Shown here piece by piece: positions 63,565 to 64,000 of a DNA stretch of 64,000 nucleotides (the stretch's first letter is position 1; each line of letters starts with the position of its first letter). The notes below the pieces were generated by a model that was given only the letters and a program-made list of their open reading frames with translations, did no database searches and was not told the origin of the DNA. A program made the position numbers and the translations under genes. Source of the stretch: Hydractinia symbiolongicarpus (lineage: Eukaryota); assembly GCF_029227915.1 (NCBI RefSeq), contig NC_079879.1:12132720-12196719 (forward strand), written 5' to 3'.

Positions 63565-64000
63565 CTAAAAGTAAACTTTATTACATCACATATGGACAGA
63601 TTATTATGACCCTAGTCTGTTCCACTCATTTACGATTTTAGCGCTCAGTGCTTGCGTTAAAAATTTCAAATTCAATTTGCTTCAAACAATTTGTATAAGA
63701 AAAAAAAATTGCACATGCCTTACACTATCAACATGTCATAAGATCAAATGGATTTTTCAAATAAAAATTGCTAAGGAGTTGATTCGCGAAATGACACAGA
63801 ATGAGATTAAAGGGAATGGATTAATGAGGTAGAATATAAGGCTCAATATAAACCACTGGAGAGTTCAAAAAGTCGAAAGAGAGGTTTATACTGGAATTAT
63901 TAACGACGAGTGAACAGCCATTTAACCCCTAGTTGTGTAATGAAGCCCACTGTCTTGTTTAATAAAAAGACGACAGGTTCTGGTAACAGGGTTAGGCTGA

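Overview
This is an AT-rich eukaryotic (metazoan-type) window, roughly 70% AT, with intron-rich genes. There are no prokaryotic features: no operons, CRISPR arrays or rRNA. Three things dominate it.

1. A PARP4 (vault PARP) ortholog on the + strand.
- 33 coding exons are listed from 10359 to 29055, all phase-consistent, plus three weaker downstream candidates up to about 34423.
- They encode BRCT, a PARP catalytic domain, a VIT domain and a vWA domain, about 1208 aa so far.
- The C-terminal part of the gene could not be resolved.

2. A tandem array of about 20 kb (34540-53750, with diverged copies out to about 55500).
- The unit is about 1.33 kb and the central copies are almost identical.
- The array has higher-order structure and begins about 120 bp after the last candidate PARP4 exon.

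3. Partial 3' exons of a convergent minus-strand gene (61712-63564 and beyond the window).
- They encode a thrombospondin type-1 repeat and a vWA domain.

Transposon debris fills the rest.
- A decayed Mutator-like (MULE) element with 105-bp TIRs lies at 1395-3285.
- A Ulp1/C48 protease-like remnant lies just upstream at 480-1203.
- A piggyBac-like MITE flanked by TTAA and carrying a 27-nt poly-G tract sits in a PARP4 intron at 24047-24778.
- Several other inverted-repeat families, mini-satellites and palindromic low-complexity tracts are present.

All coordinates were read by hand and may be off by 1-2 bp.
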